A stretch of DNA of 64,000 nucleotides, from positions 12,140 to 76,139 of the IMG/VR virus record IMGVR_UViG_3300023174_003154. One strand, 5' to 3'. Made by a program: the position numbers and the translations under genes. Positions 50,380 to 60,394 of the stretch are shown one piece after another. Position 1 is the stretch's first letter, and every line of letters begins with the position of its first letter. The DNA is from a virus. The notes beneath the pieces are model-generated. The model had not been told where the DNA came from. It saw nothing but the letters and a program-made list of their open reading frames with translations, and did no database searches.

Positions 50380-52137
50380 ATGGCAGACTACAATCAATTA
50401 AAAAATGCGGCAATATTAACTCCAACTACGACTACGGATTTAGGTAGTGATGCTAATCGCTATTCAAATGTATACATGAGTGGTAACATTGTCATGAGTA
50501 ATGGGGTTACTGTCACATCAACTAATGCTGTTGCACCTAGAATTATTAGTTTGGCATTGCCCGGTACAGAAACAGCAGTTGATATTGCAGGTGGTGAAAC
50601 TATTTCTATTATTGGATCCGGATTTACTAATGTCGGCGGAACACCGTCAGTTTTAATTGGAAGTACATCTGCACTATCAGTAACTTATATCAGTTCTACT
50701 AATATATCTTTTGTGACCCCGGTGTTAAGTGCAGGAACATATACTGTATATATAATTAATTCAGACGGTGCTACAGCAACATATGCCCCGGGTATATCTT
50801 TTAGTGGTACTCCTACTTGGACTACTGCTGCCGGTAGTTTAGGTAATATGGGTAGTAACGTTTCTGTAAATTTATCAGTAGCCGCAACTGGTGATGCACC
50901 AATTACATATGCAATTAAAGCAGGTAGTAGTTTACCCGGTACCTTAAGTCTAAATACTAGTACTGGCGCTATAACTGGAACTGCACCAACGTTTGCTAGT
51001 GCAACAACATATAATTTTACCATTACAGCAAAGGATGGTCAAAATCAACTAACTGATCGCTCTTTTAGTATTAACGGAGTCTTAATTCCTAGCACAGTTG
51101 ATTATCTAGTAGTAGCAGGTGGAGGCGGAGGTGGCGGATATTATTATGCTGGTGGCGGTGGTGCGGGTGGATTACTATCTGCTACTGGATTTTCGATATC
51201 ACCAAATACATATACTGTTACAATAGGCGCAGGCGGCCCAGGTGGTGCACCTAGTGCAAATGGTGTTAATGGTGGTAATTCGGTATTCTCGTCAATAACA
51301 TGTTATGGCGGCGGTGGCGGTGGCGGTGGCGGAAATCGTCCAGCACCAAACGGAGGATCAGGTGGTGGCGCCATGTCTGACCAAGTAAATGCAGGTGGTA
51401 AAGGTGTTTATCCAGGTTCAACATACATAGACGGACCTAGACAAGGCTACGATGGAGGAGCCTCATCTTCCGGAGCGTCAGTTGGTTCTTCAGGTGGTGG
51501 TGGAGGCGCAGGAGGTGTAGGTGGTGCTGGGGTATACATGTATACTGCGGGACCCGGTGGTATTGGATCATTACAAACACTGACAACTTCTTTTATTGGT
51601 ACAGCAACAACTAATTCGACCACTACATTAAATATAACAGCAGTAATTGCCGGTGAAATTCAAGTAGGTACACAAGTCACTGGTACAGGAATTCCTGCAG
51701 GAGCCTACGTTAAATCATTAGGTACAGGTACTGGTGGCACAGGCACCTATATATTAAATGCAGGAACTGGTTCTGGTAGTGGCATTGCAATTACTAGTTC
51801 AGGTAGATATTTTGCAGGTGGCGGAGGTGGACAAAGTTTGCAAGGTGGTGCCGGTGGTGCAGGTGGCGCTGGTGGCGGCGGAACCGGTGGATATATTTCC
51901 GGTGGAACTGGTTTTGCTGCTGTATCAGGTGCTACTAATACTGGTGGCGGCGGCGGAGCCGCTGTTCATGCTAGCTATCCTCCTTCTGAAATCCCGGGTG
52001 CAGGCGGTTCCGGTGTAGTAGTTATTCGTCATTCAGATACATTTACAACATTCTCAACTACAGGTTCACCAACAATAACAACTGCAGGTGGGTATAGGAT
52101 ATACAAATGGACTAGTTCTGGTACAATAACATTCTAA
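50380..52137 (+). CDS. Anchor-IPT-Ig-glycine-rich adhesin paralog 4
   Basis: Same architecture; Gly-rich tip closest to paralog 3. Confidence 0.75.
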   Translation: MADYNQLKNAAILTPTTTTDLGSDANRYSNVYMSGNIVMSNGVTVTSTNAVAPRIISLALPGTETAVDIAGGETISIIGSGFTNVGGTPSVLIGSTSALSVTYISSTNISFVTPVLSAGTYTVYIINSDGATATYAPGISFSGTPTWTTAAGSLGNMGSNVSVNLSVAATGDAPITYAIKAGSSLPGTLSLNTSTGAITGTAPTFASATTYNFTITAKDGQNQLTDRSFSINGVLIPSTVDYLVVAGGGGGGGYYYAGGGGAGGLLSATGFSISPNTYTVTIGAGGPGGAPSANGVNGGNSVFSSITCYGGGGGGGGGNRPAPNGGSGGGAMSDQVNAGGKGVYPGSTYIDGPRQGYDGGASSSGASVGSSGGGGGAGGVGGAGVYMYTAGPGGIGSLQTLTTSFIGTATTNSTTTLNITAVIAGEIQVGTQVTGTGIPAGAYVKSLGTGTGGTGTYILNAGTGSGSGIAITSSGRYFAGGGGGQSLQGGAGGAGGAGGGGTGGYISGGTGFAAVSGATNTGGGGGAAVHASYPPSEIPGAGGSGVVVIRHSDTFTTFSTTGSPTITTAGGYRIYKWTSSGTITF

Positions 52138-52153
52138 AAAGAAAAAAATAAAA

Positions 52154-55012
52154 ATGGCAAATTATCATAATTTAAAAAACGCGGCGATATTAACGCCGTC
52201 TACAAACCAAGACTTGGGTAGCGATACAAATCGCTATTCTAACGTCTACATGTCAGGTAACATTGTAATGAGTAACGGAGTTACTGTTACTTCTACTAAT
52301 GTTATTGTTCCAAAAATAGCATCAGTAACTTACCCCGGTAATGATACTGCGGCTGACACAGCAGGTGGACAAACTATCACTATTACTGGTACTGGATTTA
52401 GTGCAGGCGCAAGTGTATTATTAGGTACAACTCCGGCAACCGTTGTAACTGTTGTAAGTAGTACAAGTATCACATTTACTAGTCCGGTACTGTCCGCTGG
52501 TAATTATGCACTATATGTTATTAACAGCGACGGTGGAACAGCAATTTATATTCCGGGTATTGCTTTTAGTGGCACGCCAACTTGGAGTACAAGTTCTGGT
52601 AACATAGCTTCAGTATACGAAACTAATAGTATTAGTAGCACCGTAACAGCAACAGGTGATGCTACTATATCTTACAGTCTTAATTCAGGTACACTACCAA
52701 CAGGTAGTACATTGAATTCTAGTACTGGTTTGATTAGTGGTACAGCACCCGCAAGTGCAGGTAGCACTACATATTCTTTTAGTATTCGTGCAACTGACGG
52801 ACAAAATCAAGACACCGATCGTAATTTTACTATTACAGTTAACACAGATTCAGTTTCATGGAGTAGCCCAGCAGATAATACTTCTACTTCTTTGTCAGTA
52901 AATAGTGCAATGGCTAATGTTACATTAAGCGCAACTAGCGCCGCCGGTAAAAGCATTACATATTCAGCAAACACATTACCAACTGGTTTAAGTATTAGTG
53001 GGGCAAACATAACAGGAACACCAACAGTTACAGGAAGTACTACTAGTTTGATTACAGCAACTGCCGCAAGTTCAGGTCGTACTGCAACAAGAACACTTAG
53101 TTGGGTAGTAAGTGTAGCAACTGATACGTATTGGCCTTATGTTACACTATTACTTAATGGTGAAGGTACAGCCGCCATTAATAATGCACAAAATAACACA
53201 TATGTAGATTCTAGTACAAATGCATATACTGTTACTACTTCCGGCACAGTAACTCAGGGTGCATTCAGCCCCTTTAGTGCTTCCAGCTGGAGTAATTATT
53301 TTGAAGGTAGTAGTTCTTATCTGACTTCACCTAGCAGTACATCTAATGCTTTTGGTACTGGAGATTATACTATAGAATTTTGGTGTTTTCCACTAAGTCT
53401 GGGTAGTGGTAGTGCAGGTTGTATGTTTTATGTAGACATGGGAGGATATCAACAGTTAATGCGCTTTAACGGAGTATGGGAATGTTATTATAAAAGCGGG
53501 TTGTCTTTTACATCAGTAACGATATCAACGCTTCCATTGAATCAATGGGTACATCAAGCATTAGTTAGAAATAGCGGCACTGTAAAATGGTATCTTAATG
53601 GGGTACAACAAGGCAGTGTAAGTGATTCTACTAATTATAGCTCAAGTACTTACTTTCAAATGGGAATGTACTCAAATTATTTTTATGACGGTTATATAAG
53701 TAATGCACGTGTAGTAAAAGGTACTGCGGTCTATACTTCAGCATTCACCCCACCAACTACTCCACTAACTGCCATTTCAGGAACTATATTCTTAACTGCT
53801 CAAAGTAATAGATTTAAAGATAACAGCGCATCTGCTTTAACTATTACACGTACTAGCAATCCTTTAGTGCAAAAATTTAGTCCATTTAATGGTACGACTT
53901 CATATAATCCTACAACACACGGTGCCTCTGTATATTTCAATGGTTCCTCTTCACTACAAATTGCATCCGGTAGCTTATTGAATCTTTCATCTAATGCTGA
54001 TTGGACGCTTGAATGTTGGGTATATTTTACTTCACTTGGTGGTTCTTATCAACACTTATTTTATGGTTCAGGACTTTCATTTGGTTTACTAGGGTCTACC
54101 TATTATGTAACTAATAATGCTTCCGGTTTAATAAACGGCGGCACCGCAGTTACAGGACAATGGACCCATGTTGCATTAGTAAACATTGCAAGTACATCTT
54201 ATAAAATATATGTCAACGGGGTTGAGGTTGCTACAGGTAGTGCTACAGGGTTTACTGCAACTGCAACAGCGATTGGTGGAAATACAAGTAATGGTCAAAA
54301 TATTACTGGTTATATGTCAAATATTCGTATTGTTAAGGGTACAGCAGTATACACCGGATCATTCACCCCACCAACACAATCACTAACAGCAATATCAAAT
54401 ACTGCATTGTTAATAAGTTGTACTAATGCAGGTGTCATTGACCAAACTGGTATTCATATGGTAACAACAGCCGGCGATGCAAAAATATCTACTTCAGTAA
54501 AGAAATACAATTCAGGTAGTATCTCTTTTGATGGAACTGGCGATTATCTAAGCGTTGGTACTACTAGTAATCCGCTATTTTCATTAAATGGCGGCAAATA
54601 TACAATTGAATTTTGGGTATATTTTAATTCTTTGTCGGGAGAGCAAGTTATAGTTGAACGTTTTACTGCCGCAAGTGGTCCAGGATACACACTATATAAG
54701 ACTGGTTCAAATACTATTAATTTATATGGATCCGGTTCTGTGATAACAAACACTACTGTGTTCACTACTAGTACTTGGTACCATATTGCAGTAACATATG
54801 ACGGAACAAATACACGTATATTTGTTAACGGGACATTAGAAGCTACTGCCGCCGCAAATCTCACTGATGGAGGCACAACACTAATTGTTGGTAGTCGTAC
54901 CGGTGGAAGTGCATTCTTTAATGGTTATATAGATGACTTAAGAATCACAAAAGGATATGCACGTTACACTTCCACCTTTACAGCACCAACTTCTGCACTA
55001 CTTACACAGTAA
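52154..55012 (+). CDS. Anchor-IPT-Ig-Ig-LamG x3 adhesin paralog 5
   Basis: Same anchor; three (Y/W)T(I/L)E.W...W.H.A...NG...GY....R..KG LamG-like domains. Confidence 0.78.
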   Translation: MANYHNLKNAAILTPSTNQDLGSDTNRYSNVYMSGNIVMSNGVTVTSTNVIVPKIASVTYPGNDTAADTAGGQTITITGTGFSAGASVLLGTTPATVVTVVSSTSITFTSPVLSAGNYALYVINSDGGTAIYIPGIAFSGTPTWSTSSGNIASVYETNSISSTVTATGDATISYSLNSGTLPTGSTLNSSTGLISGTAPASAGSTTYSFSIRATDGQNQDTDRNFTITVNTDSVSWSSPADNTSTSLSVNSAMANVTLSATSAAGKSITYSANTLPTGLSISGANITGTPTVTGSTTSLITATAASSGRTATRTLSWVVSVATDTYWPYVTLLLNGEGTAAINNAQNNTYVDSSTNAYTVTTSGTVTQGAFSPFSASSWSNYFEGSSSYLTSPSSTSNAFGTGDYTIEFWCFPLSLGSGSAGCMFYVDMGGYQQLMRFNGVWECYYKSGLSFTSVTISTLPLNQWVHQALVRNSGTVKWYLNGVQQGSVSDSTNYSSSTYFQMGMYSNYFYDGYISNARVVKGTAVYTSAFTPPTTPLTAISGTIFLTAQSNRFKDNSASALTITRTSNPLVQKFSPFNGTTSYNPTTHGASVYFNGSSSLQIASGSLLNLSSNADWTLECWVYFTSLGGSYQHLFYGSGLSFGLLGSTYYVTNNASGLINGGTAVTGQWTHVALVNIASTSYKIYVNGVEVATGSATGFTATATAIGGNTSNGQNITGYMSNIRIVKGTAVYTGSFTPPTQSLTAISNTALLISCTNAGVIDQTGIHMVTTAGDAKISTSVKKYNSGSISFDGTGDYLSVGTTSNPLFSLNGGKYTIEFWVYFNSLSGEQVIVERFTAASGPGYTLYKTGSNTINLYGSGSVITNTTVFTTSTWYHIAVTYDGTNTRIFVNGTLEATAAANLTDGGTTLIVGSRTGGSAFFNGYIDDLRITKGYARYTSTFTAPTSALLTQ

Positions 55013-55022
55013 TCTCAATAGA

Positions 55023-55029
55023 CTAAATA
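55023..55029 (+). promoter_or_regulatory. Late promoter CTAAATA
   Basis: Ends 4 nt before the ATG at 55034. Confidence 0.55.
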
Positions 55030-55033
55030 CAGT

Positions 55034-58000
55034 ATGGCACTAGAAAAAATAAGACCCAGAGTAGTAGATGAGACCGGTAATTACACATTCAATAACGTAA
55101 CAGCAACCGGTAGCCTTATTTCGGCTAATGCTAATCTAGGCAATATTGCAACTGCAAACTATGTAAGAACAGACCACTTACAATATGCTAATGGAGCCGC
55201 TTGGAGTATTGGTACTGGTTCTGTTGTAGGTTCAAATACACAAGTTCAGTTTAATGATGGTGGAACAGATTTTGGCGCAAGTTCAAACTTCACCTTCAAT
55301 AAAGCTACAAACGTTTTAACAGTTACAAATATCACTGCAAATGGTGCAGGACTAACAAGTTTAACTGGTGCTAATGTTACCGGAACTGTTGCAAATGCAA
55401 CATATGCAACAAGTGCAGGTACTGCAACAACCGCTACTAATGCAGGAACGGTAACAACTAATGCCCAACCAAATATAACAAGTGTTGGATCACTATCAAC
55501 ACTAACAGTTACCGGAAACTTAGTTTCAGGTAATGCAGAGTTAGGTAACTCAACAACAAGTAACTATTACTTAGGTAATGGTTACTTTCTCTCAAGCGTA
55601 TCCGGTGGCAATGTTTTAGGTCAAGTCGCATATGCAGGTACTGCAAATAGTGTAGCAGGTTCTAATGTTGTCGGAGCAGTAACGTATGCTTCAACCGCAA
55701 ATGCAGTAGCTGGCGGTAATGTAATGGGACAAGTAGGCAATGCATTAATTGCCGGAACAGTTTACACAAATGCACAACCTAATATTACTAGTGTTGGTAC
55801 TCTAACAAGTTTAGATGTTACTGGAAATGTAAGTGCTAATTATTTTATTGGCAATGGTAGTCAATTAACCGGTATCACTTTTGCAGGCGATTATAGTAAT
55901 ACAAATACAGCCGCATATTTAATAGCGAATCCACCAACAGGAACTTATAGTAATGTAAATGTAGCCGCATATTTACCTACATATACAGGAAATGTATCTG
56001 CAAATTATTTCATTGGAAATGGTAGTACATTAACAAATATCACTGGTGCTAATATCACAGGAAACGCACCATTTGCAGGTACCGCTAATTATGCAAACAC
56101 AGCAAATGCAATAACAGGTGCAAATGTATCAGGTAATGTTGCTAGTGCAGTACAAAGTCATTATGCAAACATTGCTAATTCAGTAGCAGGTGCAAACGTA
56201 TCAGGTCAAGTAGGCAATTCATTAATAGCCGGCACAGTATATACAAATACACAGCCAAACATTACTTCAGTTGGCACATTAACAAGTCTAATAGTTTCTG
56301 GAAATATTACATCAGGTAATGCTAATTTAGGTAATAATGTAAGTGCAAATTTCTTTACTGGTAACGGATATTATTTAACTGGCATTCAAGCATCAGGTAT
56401 AACCGGATCATATAGTAATACAAATGTAGCCTCATATCTTCCAACTTATGGCGGTAATGTAACCGCAAATTATTATAGTGGTACTGATTTAACCATCAAT
56501 AGATTACCAATCACATACAGTATAAATTTTAGCGGAAGTAATTATGCTAATGTTACTTCAGGTTCTGGATTACTTGGATCAGGTGACTATACTATTGAGT
56601 TTTGGATCAAAACAACAGATGGTGAAAATGGCATCATGGTTTCAACTCCTGCTGGTATTAGTGGTCATCCTGCTATATTTGTTAGTGGTAATTCTTTAGT
56701 TTTTCAAAGAAGATATGCAGTAGCAAGTACAATATCCGAAGATATTACCAGTTATTTAAATGATGCTTGGCATCATATAGCTTTTGTACGTGGTTCAGGT
56801 ACAATTAGTTTATATATTGATGGAACAAGAATAACAACAGCATCAAATAGTGATGATTACAGTGCCGTTACTGCGGGACTTGCATTTGGTTGGTCACCAC
56901 AAACTTTCAACTATCTTAATGGTTACTTATCAAACTTTAGAATTGTAAGCGGTACTGCTCTTTATTCCGGCGCAACTCTTACTGTTCCTACTAGTCCATT
57001 AACCGCAGTATCAGGAACAACCTTATTACTATTTCAAAGTTCAACTCTAGTTGATAATTCCTCATATGCACGTGCATTAACATCTAGTGGCTCACCTACT
57101 ATCAGTTCTAGTGTTACACCTTTCGCAGGATATTTAGGTACAGGTAATATTACATCAGGTAATGCTAGTTTAGGTAATCTAACAACAAGTAATTATTTTA
57201 GTGGTAATGGATCACTACTAACAAGTTTAACTGGTGCTAATATCACAGGTAATGCACCATTTGCAGGTACAGCAAATTATGCAAACACAGCAAACTCAAT
57301 TACAGGTTCTAATGTATCAGGTAATGTAAGTTGGGCAATTACTTCTAACTACGCAAACACAGCAAATGCAATAGCAGGTGCTAATGTCACAGGTCAAGTA
57401 GGCAATGCATTACTTGCTGGTACAGTTTATACTAATGCACAGCCAAATATAACTTCAGTTGGTACACTAACTAGTTTAAATGTAAGTGGTAATGCAATTG
57501 TTGGTAATCTAACAGTTACTGGTACAACAACTACTGTCAATAGCACAACAACACAAGTAGTCGATCCAATATTTGAATTGGGTGGCGGTGCTAATGGTGC
57601 CGCACTGTCAACAGATGATAATAAAGACCGTGGTATACTATTGCATTATTACAGTGGTTCTTCTACTGTCGATGCTTTCATGGGTTGGGATGATTCAAAC
57701 GGTGAGTTTGGATTTGGTAGTAATGTAAGTGTATCTAGTGAAGTAGTTACTTGGAATTCTTATGCTAACGTAAGAGGTAACTACTTTATTGGTAATGGTT
57801 ATTATTTGTCCGGTGTTGACCAACTAGCGGCAGGCTCTGCTGACGTAGCTAACTCAATTGCAAACGGCACAAGTAATATCAATACTCCGTACCTAGATGG
57901 ACCAATAACAGTTGGTATAGGTGGTGCAGCCAATGCGGTTGTTTTCACAAGTACAGGCATTAATGTAGCAGGTTATTCTAATATAGGTGGAACAGTCACT

Positions 58001-60034
58001 GCTGGTACAGGCACTGGTGGTTCTATTACTGGTGCTAATGCAATCACATCTAATTATTTCATCGGAGATGGTAGTTATTTAACAAGTATTACTGGTGCTA
58101 ATGTAACAGGATATGTACCAACATCTTCTCTAGCTAATACAGTAACCACAAACGCACAACCAAATATCACTTCAGTTGGAACACTAACAAGTTTATCTGT
58201 TACGGGCAACGTATCAGCAAATTACTTTATTGGTAATGGTAGTCAATTAACAGGTATCACCGGTACATATAGCAATACGAATGTAGCCTCATATTTAACA
58301 GCAAATCCACCTACAGGAACTTATAGCAATACAAACGTAGCCGCATATTTACCAACCTATACTGGTAATTTTACTGCCGGTAATATCAATCTATCATACA
58401 CTACTACATCAACTGCTAACTTAGGTAATTCAGTAAGAGCAAATTACTTTGTTGGTAACGGTGCATATTTGACTGGCGTTGACTTGTTAACTGTAGGTAA
58501 TGCTGACATTGCAAATAGCATTGCAAACGGAACAAGTAATATCAATACAACTGTAGCTAATGGAAATATTACTGTTAATATAGGTGGAACTGCGAACACA
58601 GTAGTATTTGCTAATACAGGCAATTATATAACAACTACAGGTAACGTAAGTGCAAGTTATCTATTTGGTAATGGTAGTCAATTAACTGGAGTAGCTGCCA
58701 CATCAGTAACAGGTGGAAATGTTAGCGGTAACGTATCAACTGCTAATATTGCTTACTATGTCAACGTAACATCAAACTCTACAAATACAAGCAGTTTCTT
58801 TATTCCTTTTGTATCAAGTACAGGTAATAGTGCGGTGTATATAGATACAACTGCAAATGATTTAAGTTATCAACCATCAAGTGGTAATCTAACAGCCGCA
58901 TATCATGTTGGTAATGGTTATTACCTAACCGGTATTACAGCAACTGCTTCATTACCTATTACATCTGGCACTAGTAATATTAATATCAATTCAGGTGGTA
59001 ATGCAACCGTAAGCATCGGTGGTACTGCAAACATATTAGTAGTGTCTACGTCTGGACTAACAGTCACTAATAACGTAGATGTTGGGTTAAATTACTTCAA
59101 GGGTAATGGATTTTATTTAACTGGGGTAGATACTGCAGGTAAAGTGGCTAACGGATCTAGCAATCTTTCTATCAACACAAATAGTGGTAATATCACAATG
59201 GGTGTTGGTGGGTTTAGTAATGTTGTAGTTGTTGCTGGTACAGGTATTAATGTAGCAGGTTATGCTAATATAACTGGTATTATCAGTACAAATAGTAACG
59301 TTGCAATAGGATCAGCAGGTTATTTTGTAGGTAATGGTTATTACTTAACAGGTATTGGTGGTGCCGGCTATATCTTCAACGGAACAAGTAATGCAAACAT
59401 TGGTACAGCAAATGGTAATTTTACAATAGGTATCAATGGAACTGCTAACGTAGTAGTTGTATCTAATACAGGTATTAACTTACAATATACAACCAGTGCA
59501 GTTGCAAATTTAGGTAACTTAGTTACAAGTAATTATTTTGTTGGTAACGGTAACTTACTAACAAGTTTAACTGGTGCTAATGTAACAGGTCAAGTAGGTA
59601 ATGCATTACTAGCCGGAACGGTATACACAAATGCACAACCAAATATTACCAGTGTTGGTAATCTTACAAGTTTAGTAGTTACAGGCACAACTAATTTAGG
59701 TACTGTTGGTAATATTACAATAGGCGGTGGGGCAGCCAATTACTATCTAAAAACTGATGGCGCAGGAAATCTAACATGGTCTGCTGTGTCTGGCGGTGGC
59801 GGCGGCACAAGTTTAACATATACTACTGACACTCATCCACCGGCAACAGGTAATTTACTAGGAGATCAGTGGTTTAATACAACTACCAGTGTGTTGTATG
59901 AATATATCAGTGATGGTACAGCAAGTTACTGGGTTGATATAAGTTCACCTAGTATTACTACAACACCGGGTACAGGTAGTTCAGGAACAACAAGAGCCCA
60001 AGCAATGACTATGGGCATCATATTCGGAGGATAA
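55034..60034 (+). CDS. Very long fibre protein with an internal LamG domain
   Basis: Many NYF.GNG..LT and AQPNITSVG repeats; YTIEFW..WHHIAFVR LamG; ends AMTMGIIFGG. Confidence 0.75.
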   Translation: MALEKIRPRVVDETGNYTFNNVTATGSLISANANLGNIATANYVRTDHLQYANGAAWSIGTGSVVGSNTQVQFNDGGTDFGASSNFTFNKATNVLTVTNITANGAGLTSLTGANVTGTVANATYATSAGTATTATNAGTVTTNAQPNITSVGSLSTLTVTGNLVSGNAELGNSTTSNYYLGNGYFLSSVSGGNVLGQVAYAGTANSVAGSNVVGAVTYASTANAVAGGNVMGQVGNALIAGTVYTNAQPNITSVGTLTSLDVTGNVSANYFIGNGSQLTGITFAGDYSNTNTAAYLIANPPTGTYSNVNVAAYLPTYTGNVSANYFIGNGSTLTNITGANITGNAPFAGTANYANTANAITGANVSGNVASAVQSHYANIANSVAGANVSGQVGNSLIAGTVYTNTQPNITSVGTLTSLIVSGNITSGNANLGNNVSANFFTGNGYYLTGIQASGITGSYSNTNVASYLPTYGGNVTANYYSGTDLTINRLPITYSINFSGSNYANVTSGSGLLGSGDYTIEFWIKTTDGENGIMVSTPAGISGHPAIFVSGNSLVFQRRYAVASTISEDITSYLNDAWHHIAFVRGSGTISLYIDGTRITTASNSDDYSAVTAGLAFGWSPQTFNYLNGYLSNFRIVSGTALYSGATLTVPTSPLTAVSGTTLLLFQSSTLVDNSSYARALTSSGSPTISSSVTPFAGYLGTGNITSGNASLGNLTTSNYFSGNGSLLTSLTGANITGNAPFAGTANYANTANSITGSNVSGNVSWAITSNYANTANAIAGANVTGQVGNALLAGTVYTNAQPNITSVGTLTSLNVSGNAIVGNLTVTGTTTTVNSTTTQVVDPIFELGGGANGAALSTDDNKDRGILLHYYSGSSTVDAFMGWDDSNGEFGFGSNVSVSSEVVTWNSYANVRGNYFIGNGYYLSGVDQLAAGSADVANSIANGTSNINTPYLDGPITVGIGGAANAVVFTSTGINVAGYSNIGGTVTAGTGTGGSITGANAITSNYFIGDGSYLTSITGANVTGYVPTSSLANTVTTNAQPNITSVGTLTSLSVTGNVSANYFIGNGSQLTGITGTYSNTNVASYLTANPPTGTYSNTNVAAYLPTYTGNFTAGNINLSYTTTSTANLGNSVRANYFVGNGAYLTGVDLLTVGNADIANSIANGTSNINTTVANGNITVNIGGTANTVVFANTGNYITTTGNVSASYLFGNGSQLTGVAATSVTGGNVSGNVSTANIAYYVNVTSNSTNTSSFFIPFVSSTGNSAVYIDTTANDLSYQPSSGNLTAAYHVGNGYYLTGITATASLPITSGTSNININSGGNATVSIGGTANILVVSTSGLTVTNNVDVGLNYFKGNGFYLTGVDTAGKVANGSSNLSINTNSGNITMGVGGFSNVVVVAGTGINVAGYANITGIISTNSNVAIGSAGYFVGNGYYLTGIGGAGYIFNGTSNANIGTANGNFTIGINGTANVVVVSNTGINLQYTTSAVANLGNLVTSNYFVGNGNLLTSLTGANVTGQVGNALLAGTVYTNAQPNITSVGNLTSLVVTGTTNLGTVGNITIGGGAANYYLKTDGAGNLTWSAVSGGGGGTSLTYTTDTHPPATGNLLGDQWFNTTTSVLYEYISDGTASYWVDISSPSITTTPGTGSSGTTRAQAMTMGIIFGG

Positions 60035-60035
60035 C

Positions 60036-60392
60036 ATGACAGCACCAAATTTATTAACAAGTACAACAGTAACGGGAAAAACCGCAGTAGCAAGTTTAAC
60101 GACGGTAACAGCAAATATTATTACAAATAGTAGTTCTAGTAACACAGTAGATAAACTGAATAACATTGTGTTGTGTAATTATTCAGGATCGGCAGTTACA
60201 GCAAATGTGATGATTAATCGCAGTGCTACAACATATTATATAGGCGGTACAGTAGCAATACCAGCCAACTCAACATTGACATTGTTGGGTAAAGATACAA
60301 GTTTATACTTAGAAGAAGGTGATGTATTACAAGCAAATGTAAGTGCAAATTCAAGTGTAAGTATGAATGCTAGTTATGAATTGATGAGTTAA
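60036..60392 (+). CDS. Small virion protein (MTAPNL...YLEEGD type)
   Basis: IPANSTL...K...YLEEGD.L motif; follows the AM....FG tail of the preceding fibre. Confidence 0.7.
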   Translation: MTAPNLLTSTTVTGKTAVASLTTVTANIITNSSSSNTVDKLNNIVLCNYSGSAVTANVMINRSATTYYIGGTVAIPANSTLTLLGKDTSLYLEEGDVLQANVSANSSVSMNASYELMS

Positions 60393-60394
60393 TA

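Noticed and set aside
45130-52137. Diversity-generating retroelement acting on the adhesin paralogs
   Set aside because: No reverse transcriptase in the window; by eye the paralog differences involve all bases and indels, not only adenines.
45130-55012. Invertible tail-fibre cassette (Gin/Cin type)
   Set aside because: All paralogs are full-length and co-oriented; no invertase or flanking inverted sites were seen.
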